Origin: Patiriisocius sp.
GTDB taxonomy: Bacteria; Patescibacteriota; Minisyncoccia; Phycocordibacterales; UBA918
Direction of reading: 5' to 3'
Length of the DNA: 52,749 nt
NCBI GenBank assembly: GCA_047624725.1
Contig: JBLHQB010000002.1
Span: 1 to 52,749 of the forward strand
The notes under the pieces were generated by a model. It searched no databases. It was not told the DNA's origin and saw only the letters and a list, made by a program, of their open reading frames with translations. Below, in pieces: positions 8,977 to 17,694 of the stretch (positions are counted from its first letter, which is position 1; each line of letters begins with the position of its first letter). Position numbers and translations under genes: made by a program.

Positions 8977-9696
8977 ATGAATACAAAGGACACAACTATA
9001 AACGACAACAACTTCAAGAAGCTTGTCCATAATGAAGAGTATTACCGCAACATATTCAAAAAGACAGAGAAAGTAATCTCTGTTGTCTTTTACATACTCA
9101 ATAACATTGACGCTAATAAAAAGTCAGAGACACACATCAGCAACCTTGCAGGTAAGAGCCATTTTGCCCATGAGAATGCATTGCGGTCTTTAGAGGTAAA
9201 AATGTCTAACTCAAAAGAGGTGCTTGAGCAGTTTGCACAGGCACTGATAGCGCTTGATAGTACGCTTCGGGTTACCTCGGCGAGCGGGGTGATTACCAAT
9301 GATGTGCTGTATGTGGTTACCAATGAGATTGATACGGTCCTGCGAGGATTGAGTAAGTACATAGCTCCAGACGTAGGGATAGAATCATCATTTATGATGT
9401 CTGCCCCAGGCCCAAGTGCAGCAGCTTCATCATCGGCAACTCCTGCTCGACAAGTTGTCCGGAAGACACCAGTGAAGAGTGCTGAAGGTCAGAATGTGCC
9501 GACTACGACAATGGATCGACGTACTCGTATTCAGACAATTCTTGAAGCAAAGGGGGAGGCAACAATTAAAGACATTTCAGAGATTATAACGGACTGTAGT
9601 GAAAAGACACTACAACGTGAGTTAAACGCCATGATTGAAGACATGATCGTTAAGAGACAGGGGGAACGACGGTGGTCAAAATATTCTATTGCTTAG
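8977..9696 (+). CDS. Hypothetical protein with C-terminal winged-helix (DeoR-like) HTH
   Basis: The C-terminus TRIQTILEAKGEATIKDISEIITDCSEKTLQRELNAMIEDMIVKRQG is wHTH-like. The N-terminal domain is unassigned. Confidence 0.6.
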   Translation: MNTKDTTINDNNFKKLVHNEEYYRNIFKKTEKVISVVFYILNNIDANKKSETHISNLAGKSHFAHENALRSLEVKMSNSKEVLEQFAQALIALDSTLRVTSASGVITNDVLYVVTNEIDTVLRGLSKYIAPDVGIESSFMMSAPGPSAAASSSATPARQVVRKTPVKSAEGQNVPTTTMDRRTRIQTILEAKGEATIKDISEIITDCSEKTLQRELNAMIEDMIVKRQGERRWSKYSIA

Positions 9697-10399
9697 TAGA
9701 CTATTGGGAGCTGTGATTAGGTTACTGTGTCTTATATAAAGACTGTCTCTGATTATCTGTTATAGGACAAGTGATACTCGTAGGGGATATGTACGTTGTG
9801 GCTCTGGGGCGGTATATATTTGTATGGCGCTGTAATGTTTGCATTTCTCGTAATATATGGTCTAATAGTGTCTTGTGTGTAAGAAAGCGGTGTGTGAGTC
9901 GTCATATATCGTAACCGCACAAGGGGTTAAAATGCGATGAAGTGCATTGACTTTAGGGTTGATACCACGTATTCTCTTGTGCAATTCATTATATATAGGT
10001 ATTGCTATCCACAAAGCTAACGCGCGTGGGTCTGTACCAACGGTATACTAATGAGTGTCACTTCGGCACGCTTTTTATTAAGCGAGTTAGGGTGGAGGTA
10101 TTAGTTCATTGATAACTTCCTTTTGAATAGGGAACTACATATATATAGTCACGCGCACTACACTGCGCGGTATAAATGCGTGTACTACCGCATTACTTAT
10201 TCAGTCACGGTTGCCACAAGATAGACATGCAGTCCTCACTTACAGCTAGCCTACTTATATACGTATAAGTAGGATAGTGATATGAGCAAATGTTTCATTA
10301 TTAAGAAGCATTTGTGAATATGAATTAATTCATATTATAAGTATAGTCCCGCTAACGGGAATAACGTCAGCTTAATATACTGACAATTAACAAAACATT

Positions 10400-12313
10400 A
10401 TGACTACAGTTGCAAATACATTTGCTTCAAAGCTAGCAGTAGCTTTCGTTGCAATCGCAATGATGTTCTCACTAGTTGCACCTGCACAGGCGCAAACTGC
10501 TGAAGAACTTCAAACACAGATTGATACGCTTATGGCGACAATCACAGCACTACAAGCACAGCTTGGAGTGGACGACTCTGCACCTGCTGCAATGTCAGCA
10601 GACGCATACGTATTTACACGATCACTTTCTGACGGTTCAGAAGGTGCTGACGTAACTGCGCTACAGACGTACCTTATTGGAGCTGGATTTTCAATCCCAG
10701 CTGGAGCTACTGGGTACTACGGTGCACAGACAACAGCTGCAGTTGCTGCATGGCAGGCTGCAAACGGTGTTGCACCAGCAGTTGGATTCTTTGGTCCTGT
10801 TTCACAGGCTAAGTACAACATGATGATGGCAACAATGGTTGAAGAGGAAGAAGAGGAAGCTGAAGAATCAGAAGAAGCTGAAGAATCAGAAGAATCTACA
10901 GACCTTGGAAACGATGAAGGTTCTATCGAATCAGTTGATGAAGTATCAGCTGACGAATCTACTCTAGATGAAGGTGAAAATGCAGGAGTACTTGCATTCG
11001 AACTAGAAATCGAAGGTGATGTAGAAATCAACCGAATGGACTTCTTTGCTGAAGAAACAGGAGGTGCTACAGATACTGATGCTGATGACTTCTTCGAAGG
11101 AGCGTCACTATGGGTTGACGGCGACAAAGTTGCTGACCTTGATGTTTCAGACTTCGATGATGATGACGCACCATACTCAAACAGTGCTATCACTGAAGAT
11201 TACGATTACCGTTTACGATTCTCAGGTCTTGACCTAGTATTCGCAGACAGTGACGAACCAGAGTTTGAAATCGCATTTGAAGTTGTTACTTCTCTTGATT
11301 CAGACAGTGTAACTAACGGAGCATGGGATGTAGAGCTTGGAAGTATCCGATCTGTTGACGGTGAAGGATTCACTGATTCTCTAGATGCAGACGATACTAT
11401 CGAAGAAACATTCTCATTTGACGATGAAGAATCTGCTGAACTTGATATCTCAGACACTTCTGACAATCCAGATGCTACAACGCTAAAGATTGAAGAAGAT
11501 GACGACGAATCAGACGAATTCAACGTATTCATCTTCGAGATTGAAGAAGAAAACGGAGTTGACGTTGAGATCGAAGACATGCAGTTCCTTATCACTACAA
11601 CAGGTTCAACAACTGAATCAGACGTAGTTGAAGAAGCTATCCTATACCAAGGTTCTACTGAACTCTCTTCTGAGTCAGTACCAAACGGAGGTGTAGTAGT
11701 ATTCGAAAACCTAGGAATTGAACTTGACGCTGACGCTACTGAAGAGTTCACAATCGCTCTTATCTTTAAGGGTGAAGAAGATCACGGAAATAGTTCAGAC
11801 GTTACAGTAACTTTCGTATCTATTGACGATGCTGAAGATGCTAACGGAAACGACGAGGGTGAAATGAGTATCACTGGTACTCCATCATCAGAAACACACG
11901 CACTACGAACTGTAGTACCTGATGTATCTGATACTTCATTCTCAGTTGACAAGGCTGAAGATGACCAATCTGGAACAATCTCATTCGAATTCACAATTGG
12001 TGCTGAAGACGATGACTTTGACTTCGCAGTTGCATCTAAGAGCGCAGTTGACGGACTAGTTGACGATATCCGATTCACAACTTCTGGAGCTAGTACTACA
12101 CTTGGTGTAGCTGCTATCACTAAGGTTTCTGGAGATGCTACATCTACAGGTGCTGGATGGACTATCGCTGACGGTGAAGACGCTACATTCGTTATGGATG
12201 TAACATTCACTACAGTTTCATCTGCAGATGACGGTACATACCGTGTAACTGTTGAGACAGTTGGTGGAATCGAGATCGATGACACATCTGACGGAATGAG
12301 TATTTCTAACTAG
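10400..12313 (+). CDS. Secreted, extremely acidic cell-surface protein with a peptidoglycan-binding (PG_binding_1-like) domain
   Basis: Signal peptide ...VAPAQAQT, a coiled segment, and GADVTALQTYLIGAGF...GYYGAQTTAAVAAWQAANGV (PGB motif). A ~470-aa Asp/Glu-rich region follows. The gene has a 700-nt untranslated upstream region and is followed by two strong hairpins, the first with a T-run. Confidence 0.7.
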   Translation: MTTVANTFASKLAVAFVAIAMMFSLVAPAQAQTAEELQTQIDTLMATITALQAQLGVDDSAPAAMSADAYVFTRSLSDGSEGADVTALQTYLIGAGFSIPAGATGYYGAQTTAAVAAWQAANGVAPAVGFFGPVSQAKYNMMMATMVEEEEEEAEESEEAEESEESTDLGNDEGSIESVDEVSADESTLDEGENAGVLAFELEIEGDVEINRMDFFAEETGGATDTDADDFFEGASLWVDGDKVADLDVSDFDDDDAPYSNSAITEDYDYRLRFSGLDLVFADSDEPEFEIAFEVVTSLDSDSVTNGAWDVELGSIRSVDGEGFTDSLDADDTIEETFSFDDEESAELDISDTSDNPDATTLKIEEDDDESDEFNVFIFEIEEENGVDVEIEDMQFLITTTGSTTESDVVEEAILYQGSTELSSESVPNGGVVVFENLGIELDADATEEFTIALIFKGEEDHGNSSDVTVTFVSIDDAEDANGNDEGEMSITGTPSSETHALRTVVPDVSDTSFSVDKAEDDQSGTISFEFTIGAEDDDFDFAVASKSAVDGLVDDIRFTTSGASTTLGVAAITKVSGDATSTGAGWTIADGEDATFVMDVTFTTVSSADDGTYRVTVETVGGIEIDDTSDGMSISN

Positions 12314-12357
12314 TTCGCTAGGTAGATAACTCTTCAGGAAATTAACTTTTCTTGAAA

Positions 12358-12387
12358 GCAAAAAGCCTCCTTCGGGAGGCTTTTTGC
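12358..12387 (+). terminator. Intrinsic terminator after the surface-protein gene
   Basis: GCAAAAAGCCTCC-TTCG-GGAGGCTTTTTGC. A second 17-bp-stem hairpin lies at 12404-12438. Confidence 0.85.
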
Positions 12388-12586
12388 GTACCTGCTGAAA
12401 TATAATTATGCCCGCCTACACTGTAGGCGGGCATAATTGTTTGGTATACTAGATGCAATACAGAGGTATGAATTTGTTTAATAAAAGTTTCTATAGGTTC
12501 TTGTTCCGGTTTGTTGGAATTATTACGGTAACCTTAGTTTTGATTCTTTTGGTAAACATCTACGCATAGTAGGTAGTTCTTTAGTT

Positions 12587-13054
12587 ATGATACGTATTAC
12601 AGATCAATATTTTTGGAATGTGGTTTTCGGGCTCTTTTTTGTTGCGCTTGTCATCATGGGGAGTATCATCCTTGATACTGAGGCACATATGACATACGCC
12701 GACTTGGACCTGTTTGATATTGTGATTATTTCGTTGGCTTCGTTCCGGATGATACGATTGTTTGTGTTCGACACAATGACAAAGTTTTTTCGTGAGCAGT
12801 TTTATGATGCAAAAGTAACTAAGGCAGGGAAGGTGACCCTCTACAAGCCACTGACAGGCCCTCGGCGGACTATAGCGGACCTTATGGGGTGTCCATGGTG
12901 CTTTGGGGTATGGGCTTCAGCAATCATCATTTTCTTCTATCTTCTGACGCCAGCTGCATTCTTCCCGATATTAATTCTCGCAATCTCAGCAGTAGCAACA
13001 TTCATGCAGAACGTGTCACGACTTGTTTCAGCGAAGGCTGATGTGGTTTCATAA
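12587..13054 (+). CDS. DUF1360-like integral membrane protein
   Basis: Four TM segments and the CPWCFGVW motif typical of DUF1360. Confidence 0.6.
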   Translation: MIRITDQYFWNVVFGLFFVALVIMGSIILDTEAHMTYADLDLFDIVIISLASFRMIRLFVFDTMTKFFREQFYDAKVTKAGKVTLYKPLTGPRRTIADLMGCPWCFGVWASAIIIFFYLLTPAAFFPILILAISAVATFMQNVSRLVSAKADVVS

Positions 13055-13310
13055 GGTAGGAAAACCGCTCCGTACTGTAAGGGGCGATTTTCTGTTTTGT
13101 AGATAGAATATTTCCCCGACAGGCCTTGCCTGTCGTTTTATGTGCAAAGCATATCTTCCTTATTTTTTCTTCATGGTCCGTATTGTATTCTGACCCCGAC
13201 AGGCAAGGCCTGTCGGGATTGGCTTAGGGGTGTTGTGTTTTGGATTTGGGTAGGTAGAATACAGGCAGACTGATTTTTTAAATATAATCTTTTCAAGAGG
13301 AGAAAAGCAC

Positions 13311-13907
13311 ATGAACCAACGACTAATGATCGGGATTGCTGATCAGTGGGGCGTGGCAAATTCAATGACTGCGTTTCGTTGTTTGGCACCGTTACCAATT
13401 ATGGTACTGGTCTTTTTTGGTCAGTATCAGCATGCGGCATATTTTGCATTTTTTGCAGCACTTACTGATTTCGAAGGGCAGTATGCACGACTCACAGGGA
13501 CCCCTACTGAGCTCGGACGTGTATTTGATCCATTGGCAGATAAGATCTTCACCGATATATTGTTGATTGTGCTGACGTTTGCAACGTTCAACGTCGGAAT
13601 TCTGGTGTTGGCTTTGCTTGCGATTATGTATGACATCGATAATACGTCGCGAAGGATTACAGAAATTCTCGCGGCATGTGAAAACAAAGCACGCATTAGA
13701 GATGATACGCCTGCAACGATGGTTTCAAAATGGAAAACAGGGGTACTCTTTACTGTTGTGATTGGGGCACTTGCTGCTGAACATTGGGAAGGGCTTCTTG
13801 TATGGGTAGATCCTTTGGTCTTTGTTGGTATTGTTCTAGTGGCAGTATCTTGGGGTAATAACCGCAAGAAAACTATTGGATCGTTCTTTGCAAACCGATC
13901 GTTCTGA
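13311..13907 (+). CDS. CDP-alcohol phosphatidyltransferase family protein
   Basis: DFEGQYARLTGTPTELGRVFDPLADK fits D(x)2(D/E)G(x)2AR(x)8G(x)3D(x)3D. The protein is a multi-TM protein. The start is uncertain because there are several in-frame Met codons. Confidence 0.7.
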   Translation: MNQRLMIGIADQWGVANSMTAFRCLAPLPIMVLVFFGQYQHAAYFAFFAALTDFEGQYARLTGTPTELGRVFDPLADKIFTDILLIVLTFATFNVGILVLALLAIMYDIDNTSRRITEILAACENKARIRDDTPATMVSKWKTGVLFTVVIGALAAEHWEGLLVWVDPLVFVGIVLVAVSWGNNRKKTIGSFFANRSF

Positions 13908-13941
13908 AAAATTAAAAAGCCTACAAATGTGGGCTTTTTTT

Positions 13942-14143
13942 AAATGAAGAAAGGAGCGAAAGTGACTATTCTGAATTTGCCCTAATTTTTAAGAAGACTT
14001 CAGTCGACTATAAAAATGGAAATACCCTTGGGGTGCTGTCCCAATTTCGTCCTCTTCTTACAGAAGCCGTGTAGGTTGTCGCTCTTGAGATCTGGCAACC
14101 TCTTGCGAAACTTACGCTCCTCACCTAGGCGAAATTGCTGGAC
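13942..14143 (+). repeat. Modular intergenic repeat family: fullest copy (L + M + stem arm + H + stem arm/CTGGAC)
   Basis: Collinear with 27676-27810 (minus strand) except for the H insert. H matches 4754-4813. The stem arms are CAATTTCG/CGAAATTG. Confidence 0.85.
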
Positions 14144-14347
14144 CCTTGTCTTTTTTATGAAAACTGGTACAGTTGCGGGCAACAGGCTCATGACAGCTGG
14201 TTGTGTATCGGAATGGGTATACAGTAACGAAACAATTGTTTCACCGGTCGAGGTCAATCTCAATTTTTTGATATTGGAAAGGTCGTAGCCTAGTAGAAGT
14301 TTTTCTTCTCTGGGCCTGTTTTATTAAGACCGTAATCCATATTTTAA

Positions 14348-14833
14348 ATGGCAATTACAAAAGAAAAGAAGCAAACAATTCTTGCAAAACTTGAGGGTAT
14401 CAAGAACAGTTCAGAATCCATCGTTTTCGTAAACTTTAAGGGTATGGAAGGTAACAATGTTACTGGCATGCGTGCAAAGCTTCGAGCGGAAGGTGTTGGA
14501 TACTTTGTTGCTAAGAAGACATTGATCGCGCGAGCGTTTGATGGAACATTCGAAGGTGACATGCCTGAGCTTGAGGGGGAAATTGCTCTAGCGTTTTCAG
14601 CTGATGCTATCGCACCAGCACAAAACATTAAGGAATTTACTACAGAATACAAAGAGAATCTTGCTATCGCAGGAGGTATCTTCCAGGGAGTATACAAGAA
14701 CAAAGAAGAGATGACTGAAATCGCATCTATCCCTGCACTTCCAGTGCTACGAGGTATGTTCGTTAACGTTATCAATTCACCGATCCAGGGACTAGTCCTA
14801 GGCTTAAACGCTATCGCAGAGAAAAAGTCATAA
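14348..14833 (+). CDS. rplJ: 50S ribosomal protein L10
   Basis: 161 aa, L10-like (KKQTILAKLEG...FVNFKGMEGNNVTGMRAKLR...), followed by rplL. Confidence 0.9.
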   Translation: MAITKEKKQTILAKLEGIKNSSESIVFVNFKGMEGNNVTGMRAKLRAEGVGYFVAKKTLIARAFDGTFEGDMPELEGEIALAFSADAIAPAQNIKEFTTEYKENLAIAGGIFQGVYKNKEEMTEIASIPALPVLRGMFVNVINSPIQGLVLGLNAIAEKKS

Positions 14834-14845
14834 TCGTGACAGCAC

Positions 14846-14938
14846 CTAGTCTGCTTCGTTGAGCTGCGATAATGTATCGCTTACCGTACGTTGGTACGGC
14901 TCGCAATACATTTCTTGCTCGCCTCGCATACCAGGCAC
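14846..14938 (+). repeat. Conserved ~90-nt intergenic motif, copy 2 (rplJ-rplL spacer)
   Basis: TGCTTCGTTG (14852-14861), hairpin CCGTAC-GTTG-GTACGG (14884-14899) and CGCCTCGCA (14920-14928). See copy 1 at 1915-2001. Confidence 0.7.
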
Positions 14939-14982
14939 TCTCAAAATTATGAAGAACATACTATTAAATTTGAAAAATTATC

Positions 14983-15456
14983 ATGACTGAGGAAACTAAA
15001 GTAGAGGCGGAAGCAGTAGTAGAGGAAGTAGCAGTAGAAGAAGTTGTTGCTGAGGCAGCAGCATCAGACGTAGACGAAACTGTTGAAGTACCAGAAGCTT
15101 TCAAGGCGCTTGTAGAGCAAGTTGAAACTATGACTGTACTTGAACTACACGAACTCGTTAAGGTTCTAGAAAAGCGATTCGGTGTATCAGCTTCAGCAGT
15201 TGCTGTAGCAGGTCCTGCTGGAGGAGCTGATGCTGGAGAAGAGCAGTCTGAATTCACTGTAATGCTAACTGAAGCAGGAGCTTCAAAGATCGCAGTGATC
15301 AAGGCGGTTAAGGAAGCATGTGGTCTTGGACTTAAGGAAGCTAAGGAGCTCGTAGATGGAGCACCAGCTGAAGTTAAGGCAGGTCTTAAGAAGGAAGACG
15401 CAGAAGAACTAAAAGCGAAGTTGGAAGAGGCTGGCGCAGGTGTTGAACTTAAATAG
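14983..15456 (+). CDS. rplL: 50S ribosomal protein L7/L12 with ~35-aa acidic N-terminal extension
   Basis: The C-terminal domain [56 protein letters not shown] is diagnostic. Confidence 0.95.
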   Translation: MTEETKVEAEAVVEEVAVEEVVAEAAASDVDETVEVPEAFKALVEQVETMTVLELHELVKVLEKRFGVSASAVAVAGPAGGADAGEEQSEFTVMLTEAGASKIAVIKAVKEACGLGLKEAKELVDGAPAEVKAGLKKEDAEELKAKLEEAGAGVELK

Positions 15457-15550
15457 TCCAACTACTAAATACAGTAAAGGCACGAGCTCTAGGGTTCGTG
15501 CCTTTACTGTATCTGGTGACTAATGTATTTAAGTTCAACACCTGCGCCAG
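15431..15550. repeat. 25-bp perfect inverted repeat (rplL 3' end and its inverted copy) enclosing the rplL terminator hairpin
   Basis: CTGGCGCAGGTGTTGAACTTAAATA (15431-15455, includes the stop codon) versus TATTTAAGTTCAACACCTGCGCCAG (15526-15550). The terminator stem-loop lies between them at 15471-15510. Confidence 0.9.
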
Positions 15551-15848
15551 AGCCGGAGGCACGCTGGCCTAAGCCAGAGGGAGTGCCGAGACGGGCCCGC
15601 GAGTACTTAGTAGATTATGAACGTAGTGAAATAATATACTTAGTAACTTGTGGGGGAGCTGGAGCTGTGACGGTACGACTCTAATTTCACCACACAGAGA
15701 AAATAGTTAGTGACTTGTGCCTGTACAGACTTCGATTTTCTAGTGGTAAATTTATTATTTCTTTGCTATGTTTGATTCTGGGTATAGTACTCACAGAACT
15801 TACGAGTTCTTTAACATGAGGCCACGGCCTCATAGATAGGAGTTAGTC

Positions 15849-16460
15849 ATGACCAAGGTCCTGCACGAAGGAACTACTATTCAGCAAAGCATCGCTTGGA
15901 TAAGTTTTCATAATATTGTTCAGAGCAAGTTAATTAATGAAGATGATGAGAAGTTAAAGGTGTATGCCGATCTGTGCTGGAGGGAAGCTGTTGAGACTCG
16001 AGAGTCATTAATTTCCTCGAGTGAGAGATGTTTCCACAAAACAGTAACCTTTGGAGGAGAATGGGCGGTAGATATTTTGCCACTTGTACCAAAGGTTTTT
16101 CCTAAAACTCGCACAAGGTTACATGCATTTGTTGTTGATTCATGGTTGCACACACAAGACAAGGATCTTGAATCACGGCTTGCTCAAATACTCTATAATA
16201 CACAACGAGATGAATATGATGCAGTGTCAGGAGTAATCCGAAAAACACTGGAATCTCGATTGGGAAATCCATCTTTAGATAAAAAACCAATCGAACGTTT
16301 TGTCCGCCTCATTGAGGCGTCGCAGAGTGAACGTGGGCAAGTGGACGAGATTGTGGCCGCTGCCGGTTGTGAAAACGTAATCGTTCGAACAGTCTTTAAG
16401 GCGATAGCCCGTTACGCGGATATGTCAGAAGTAGTGATCATGACAAAAACATTGACGTGA
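15849..16460 (+). CDS. Hypothetical protein (orphan)
   Basis: 203-aa ORF preceded by tAGGAGttagtcATG, with a terminator hairpin at 16470-16497. I recognise no motif. Confidence 0.55.
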   Translation: MTKVLHEGTTIQQSIAWISFHNIVQSKLINEDDEKLKVYADLCWREAVETRESLISSSERCFHKTVTFGGEWAVDILPLVPKVFPKTRTRLHAFVVDSWLHTQDKDLESRLAQILYNTQRDEYDAVSGVIRKTLESRLGNPSLDKKPIERFVRLIEASQSERGQVDEIVAAAGCENVIVRTVFKAIARYADMSEVVIMTKTLT

Positions 16461-16551
16461 TGTTTAAAATAAGACCCAGCCACCATGGCTGGGTCTTTTC
16501 TCTCCCCAAAACCACCCCACCCCATGCTACTCTAAACACAGGAGGTATGTC

Positions 16552-16779
16552 ATGAGTAAACGACTCAAAACAAATGACAAGATCTATCCACCACGCGCCC
16601 TGGTCTTTGGATCTATTCTGATCCTGCTCTGCACCCTTGAGTACGTCTATGGGTACGACAACAAGCTTGGTGTAACGCAATCGTACCCAGGGTCCTCGGC
16701 GCTCCTTAGAGAGCTCGGTGAGATGACGCATCGAGAGGGAATCGCTCTAGGGATTACAGTACTCTATCTTTTAGAGTGA
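16552..16779 (+). CDS. Hypothetical small membrane protein
   Basis: 75 aa with one TM helix and a strong SD (cacAGGAGGtatgtcATG). Confidence 0.5.
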   Translation: MSKRLKTNDKIYPPRALVFGSILILLCTLEYVYGYDNKLGVTQSYPGSSALLRELGEMTHREGIALGITVLYLLE

Positions 16780-16801
16780 TCATTGTATGGAAGGAAACAC
16801 T

Positions 16802-16918
16802 ATGTCCGACCGAAACAAGAAGCTCCGCTTCAAACGTCTGCAGCGGCGATACAAGATGCGACTGCAGAAAATCGTAAATGCTTTAAAACGAGCGAAGCAA
16901 AACGGTACATCACAATAG
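16802..16918 (+). CDS. Putative 38-aa highly basic peptide
   Basis: MSDRNKKLRFKRLQRRYKMRLQKIVNALKRAKQNGTSQ, with an SD-like GGAAGGA 6 nt upstream and a terminator hairpin immediately after (16920-16950). Not in the supplied ORF track because it is under 60 aa. Confidence 0.35.
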   Translation: MSDRNKKLRFKRLQRRYKMRLQKIVNALKRAKQNGTSQ

Positions 16919-17034
16919 TGAAAAAGGTCATCCGCGTGATGGCCTTTTCTGTAAAAAGATACCCGTTGCTCTGCAGGTAATTGGTTAATTATAATGAGAG
17001 TGCTATATTTGATTGGACTGACAACTGACTTTAT

Positions 17035-17562
17035 ATGACACATGAAAATATAAACATGCCAAACACCCAACAAGAGAAGGCTCCTGCATCAGAAAAAATG
17101 CGTACACAGATGCTTGTAGAAAATCTTACTGAAGCTGGTAGTTTTGTTGAGATAGAGGCTGTTTTAGAGGCTGCTTTGTGGGACTCGGGAACAGAGGTTG
17201 GTAAGGCTGATATAACACGCAGTATTGAAGTGGTGAATCGAATAGAGGGTACTCAAAACCTGAAGACTTGTTTTGAAGCGACACAAACGCTTACTGAGGC
17301 GTACGGCCTTCGTTCGAATATGCAAAGACTGATTGCAGAACGAGGGATTGGTGCGGTTGATACATTTGATAATTTAGTACGATCTCTGGAGATTTTGATG
17401 ACTGAAGTACAGCCACCTATTGCAGTTGTCTCATCAGATGGTCTGAACACTTTTAGCTTTGAAGAGCTGCTGACTGCTATTGAGGAACAGGTTAATATTG
17501 AGTATATTCCCTCAGCATTGGGTATTCGAGCTGCGTACCAACGTCTCAGGCAAGAGTCATAG
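17035..17562 (+). CDS. Hypothetical protein (orphan)
   Basis: 175-aa acidic, helical-looking ORF. An alternative start is at 17056. No recognisable motif. Confidence 0.5.
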   Translation: MTHENINMPNTQQEKAPASEKMRTQMLVENLTEAGSFVEIEAVLEAALWDSGTEVGKADITRSIEVVNRIEGTQNLKTCFEATQTLTEAYGLRSNMQRLIAERGIGAVDTFDNLVRSLEILMTEVQPPIAVVSSDGLNTFSFEELLTAIEEQVNIEYIPSALGIRAAYQRLRQES

Positions 17563-17694
17563 GCTGTGATGTGCTCGTGCTGGGGTGTGTATAGGTCTCT
17601 TTGATCCACAATACATGTTGTGACATGAAGCCTGCGTCTGTCCAGATACCCAAACCATCCTCTATGCTATAGTATTGAATCATAAATAACTGAT

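Noticed and set aside
10717-12285. Minus-strand ORFs 10717..11193, 11206..11751 and 11782..12285
   Set aside because: They are antisense to the GAA/GAT-rich acidic surface-protein gene. Ser-rich antisense frames are the expected artefact.
13942-14143. Could the co-varying hairpins be integron attC sites?
   Set aside because: There are no RYYYAAC/GTTRRRY core sites and no intI gene, and the flanking genes are housekeeping rather than cassettes. The analogy (structure conserved, sequence free, bulged bases) is noted but not supported.
14144-14347. Classical L10 (rplJ) autoregulatory leader upstream of rplJ
   Set aside because: The position is right and the region can form hairpins, but I could not recognise the conserved L10-leader / 23S-mimic motif by eye. 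It is left uncalled.
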